Shown piece by piece: positions 62,831 to 64,000 of a stretch of 64,000 bases of DNA. Every line of letters begins with the position of its first letter. Positions within the stretch are counted from its first letter, which is position 1. A model generated the notes under the pieces. That model ran no database searches. It saw nothing but the letters and a program-made list of their open reading frames with translations, and was not told the origin of the DNA. The DNA is from Gekko japonicus (Eukaryota). The stretch spans positions 20,924 through 84,923 of the forward strand of contig NW_015173130.1 in the NCBI RefSeq assembly GCF_001447785.1, given 5' to 3'. Position numbers and translations under genes: made by a program.

Positions 62831-64000
62831 AGGGCACTCATTTTGGGCCAACAGCCATGGATCACTGAGCTGTTCCTATACCTTCCTCTCCACAGCCCCT
62901 TCTATGACTTCAGTTGTATGGTGACTAATGTTGCAGAGGGCTACACATATCAGTCTCAAGGTACAGTGATGCTGTAAGAGGAAGACCCTTCACAGGTACA
63001 TTACTATAATATGCAACACTACTTTTAGAAATATGTTAGACTCTTTCAACGTGATATCACGAAATTGTTGAAGGATTAGTAATGCTGTTAGTCATGTGAC
63101 ATTCAGGATTTCCTACCATATTGTGGCCTGATTCCCTAAGGATTTCCAGTCTGACTAGAGCTATCACATTAGGTAGGCAAAGGGATGTGAGTACATTTTA
63201 AGAAGCCCAGCTTCTAATCAGTGGGTCTCAAAAACAACATCATTATTTTTAAACTTGTAACATCTCCACCTCTGCACATGAGCATAGTATGAATGACACC
63301 CAGCTTGAGAGTAGTCCACTTAACTGGATCCATCTCTGCTTTGTTTACATGAACAAGAGGCTAATCAGTGATGAAAAGGAAGTATAACAAATCCTGGATA
63401 GTCAAGGACCCAACTTCACTCTTTTTCATTTTTCATTCAAATAAACAATAGCTCATTTACCATTGCGGGCGAGCAGAAGCCGATAAAGAGAGAAGACCCA
63501 ATGCAGTGACATAGCATAAGCTTTGCATCCATATGGTCCAAGAGTCAATTCTTGCCATCTCCAATTAAAAATGAATCTCAGGCATCAGAGGTCAGGTAAG
63601 AGCTAAGATACATTTCAGCCAAGGACTAGAGACAGGACGCTCCATGCTCGGGTTGACGAACCAAGGGTCTGACTTGGTATAAATCAACTTCCTGTATTCC
63701 TAATTTCATGCAAACCTGCAGTAACCCAAGATGTGAACCCAAGGATATGTGGCTTATATACCTAGGAATCACAGCCCGCATATATGAAAGGATAGCTGAT
63801 TCAAGTCAGCACCTAAACCATCACCATGCACAGGCATCCTCCCATCAACCCTTAACCATCTGCAGGCAACTATTACAAGATAAATGTTCTTCCATCTATG
63901 GGTATATTTATTTTGTTGTGTGTGTGTGTGTGTTTTATCTATGTATGCACTAACACACACATACCCATTTGCAAGTGCCAGTTTATTCTATTCGAAGGCC

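Overview
Vertebrate genomic DNA from a squamate reptile, most likely a gecko, judged from Sauria-type SINEs, BovB, Squam3-like SINEs and Penelope hairpins. There are four assembly gaps. Two convergent spliced genes can be reconstructed. TMEM213 (+ strand) has three coding exons at 2839-2911, 7498-7545 and 9972-10141 giving a 96-aa protein; the ORF track misses it. The 3' part of KIAA1549 (- strand) has ten exons from 59079 down to the stop at 25533, with consistent splice phases where the boundaries are visible (one acceptor lies in a gap), and a probable very long 3'UTR to a poly(A) signal near 13709. This matches the mammalian ATP6V0A4/TMEM213/KIAA1549 neighbourhood. The rest is mostly transposon-derived: 5S- and tRNA-derived SINEs, BovB, CR1, L2, L1 and RTE-X fragments, hAT- and Harbinger-like MITEs, solo LTRs and Penelope-type palindromes. 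The most notable observations are: a 15-nt in-frame KIAA1549 microexon candidate with neural-microexon hallmarks; a LINE insertion that duplicated a KIAA1549 splice acceptor (~140 bp); a ~1.3-kb intronic palindrome and shorter hairpins carrying hammerhead-ribozyme cores; an ORF1-only L1; and a 5S-derived SINE family. I see no evidence of a novel multi-gene system.
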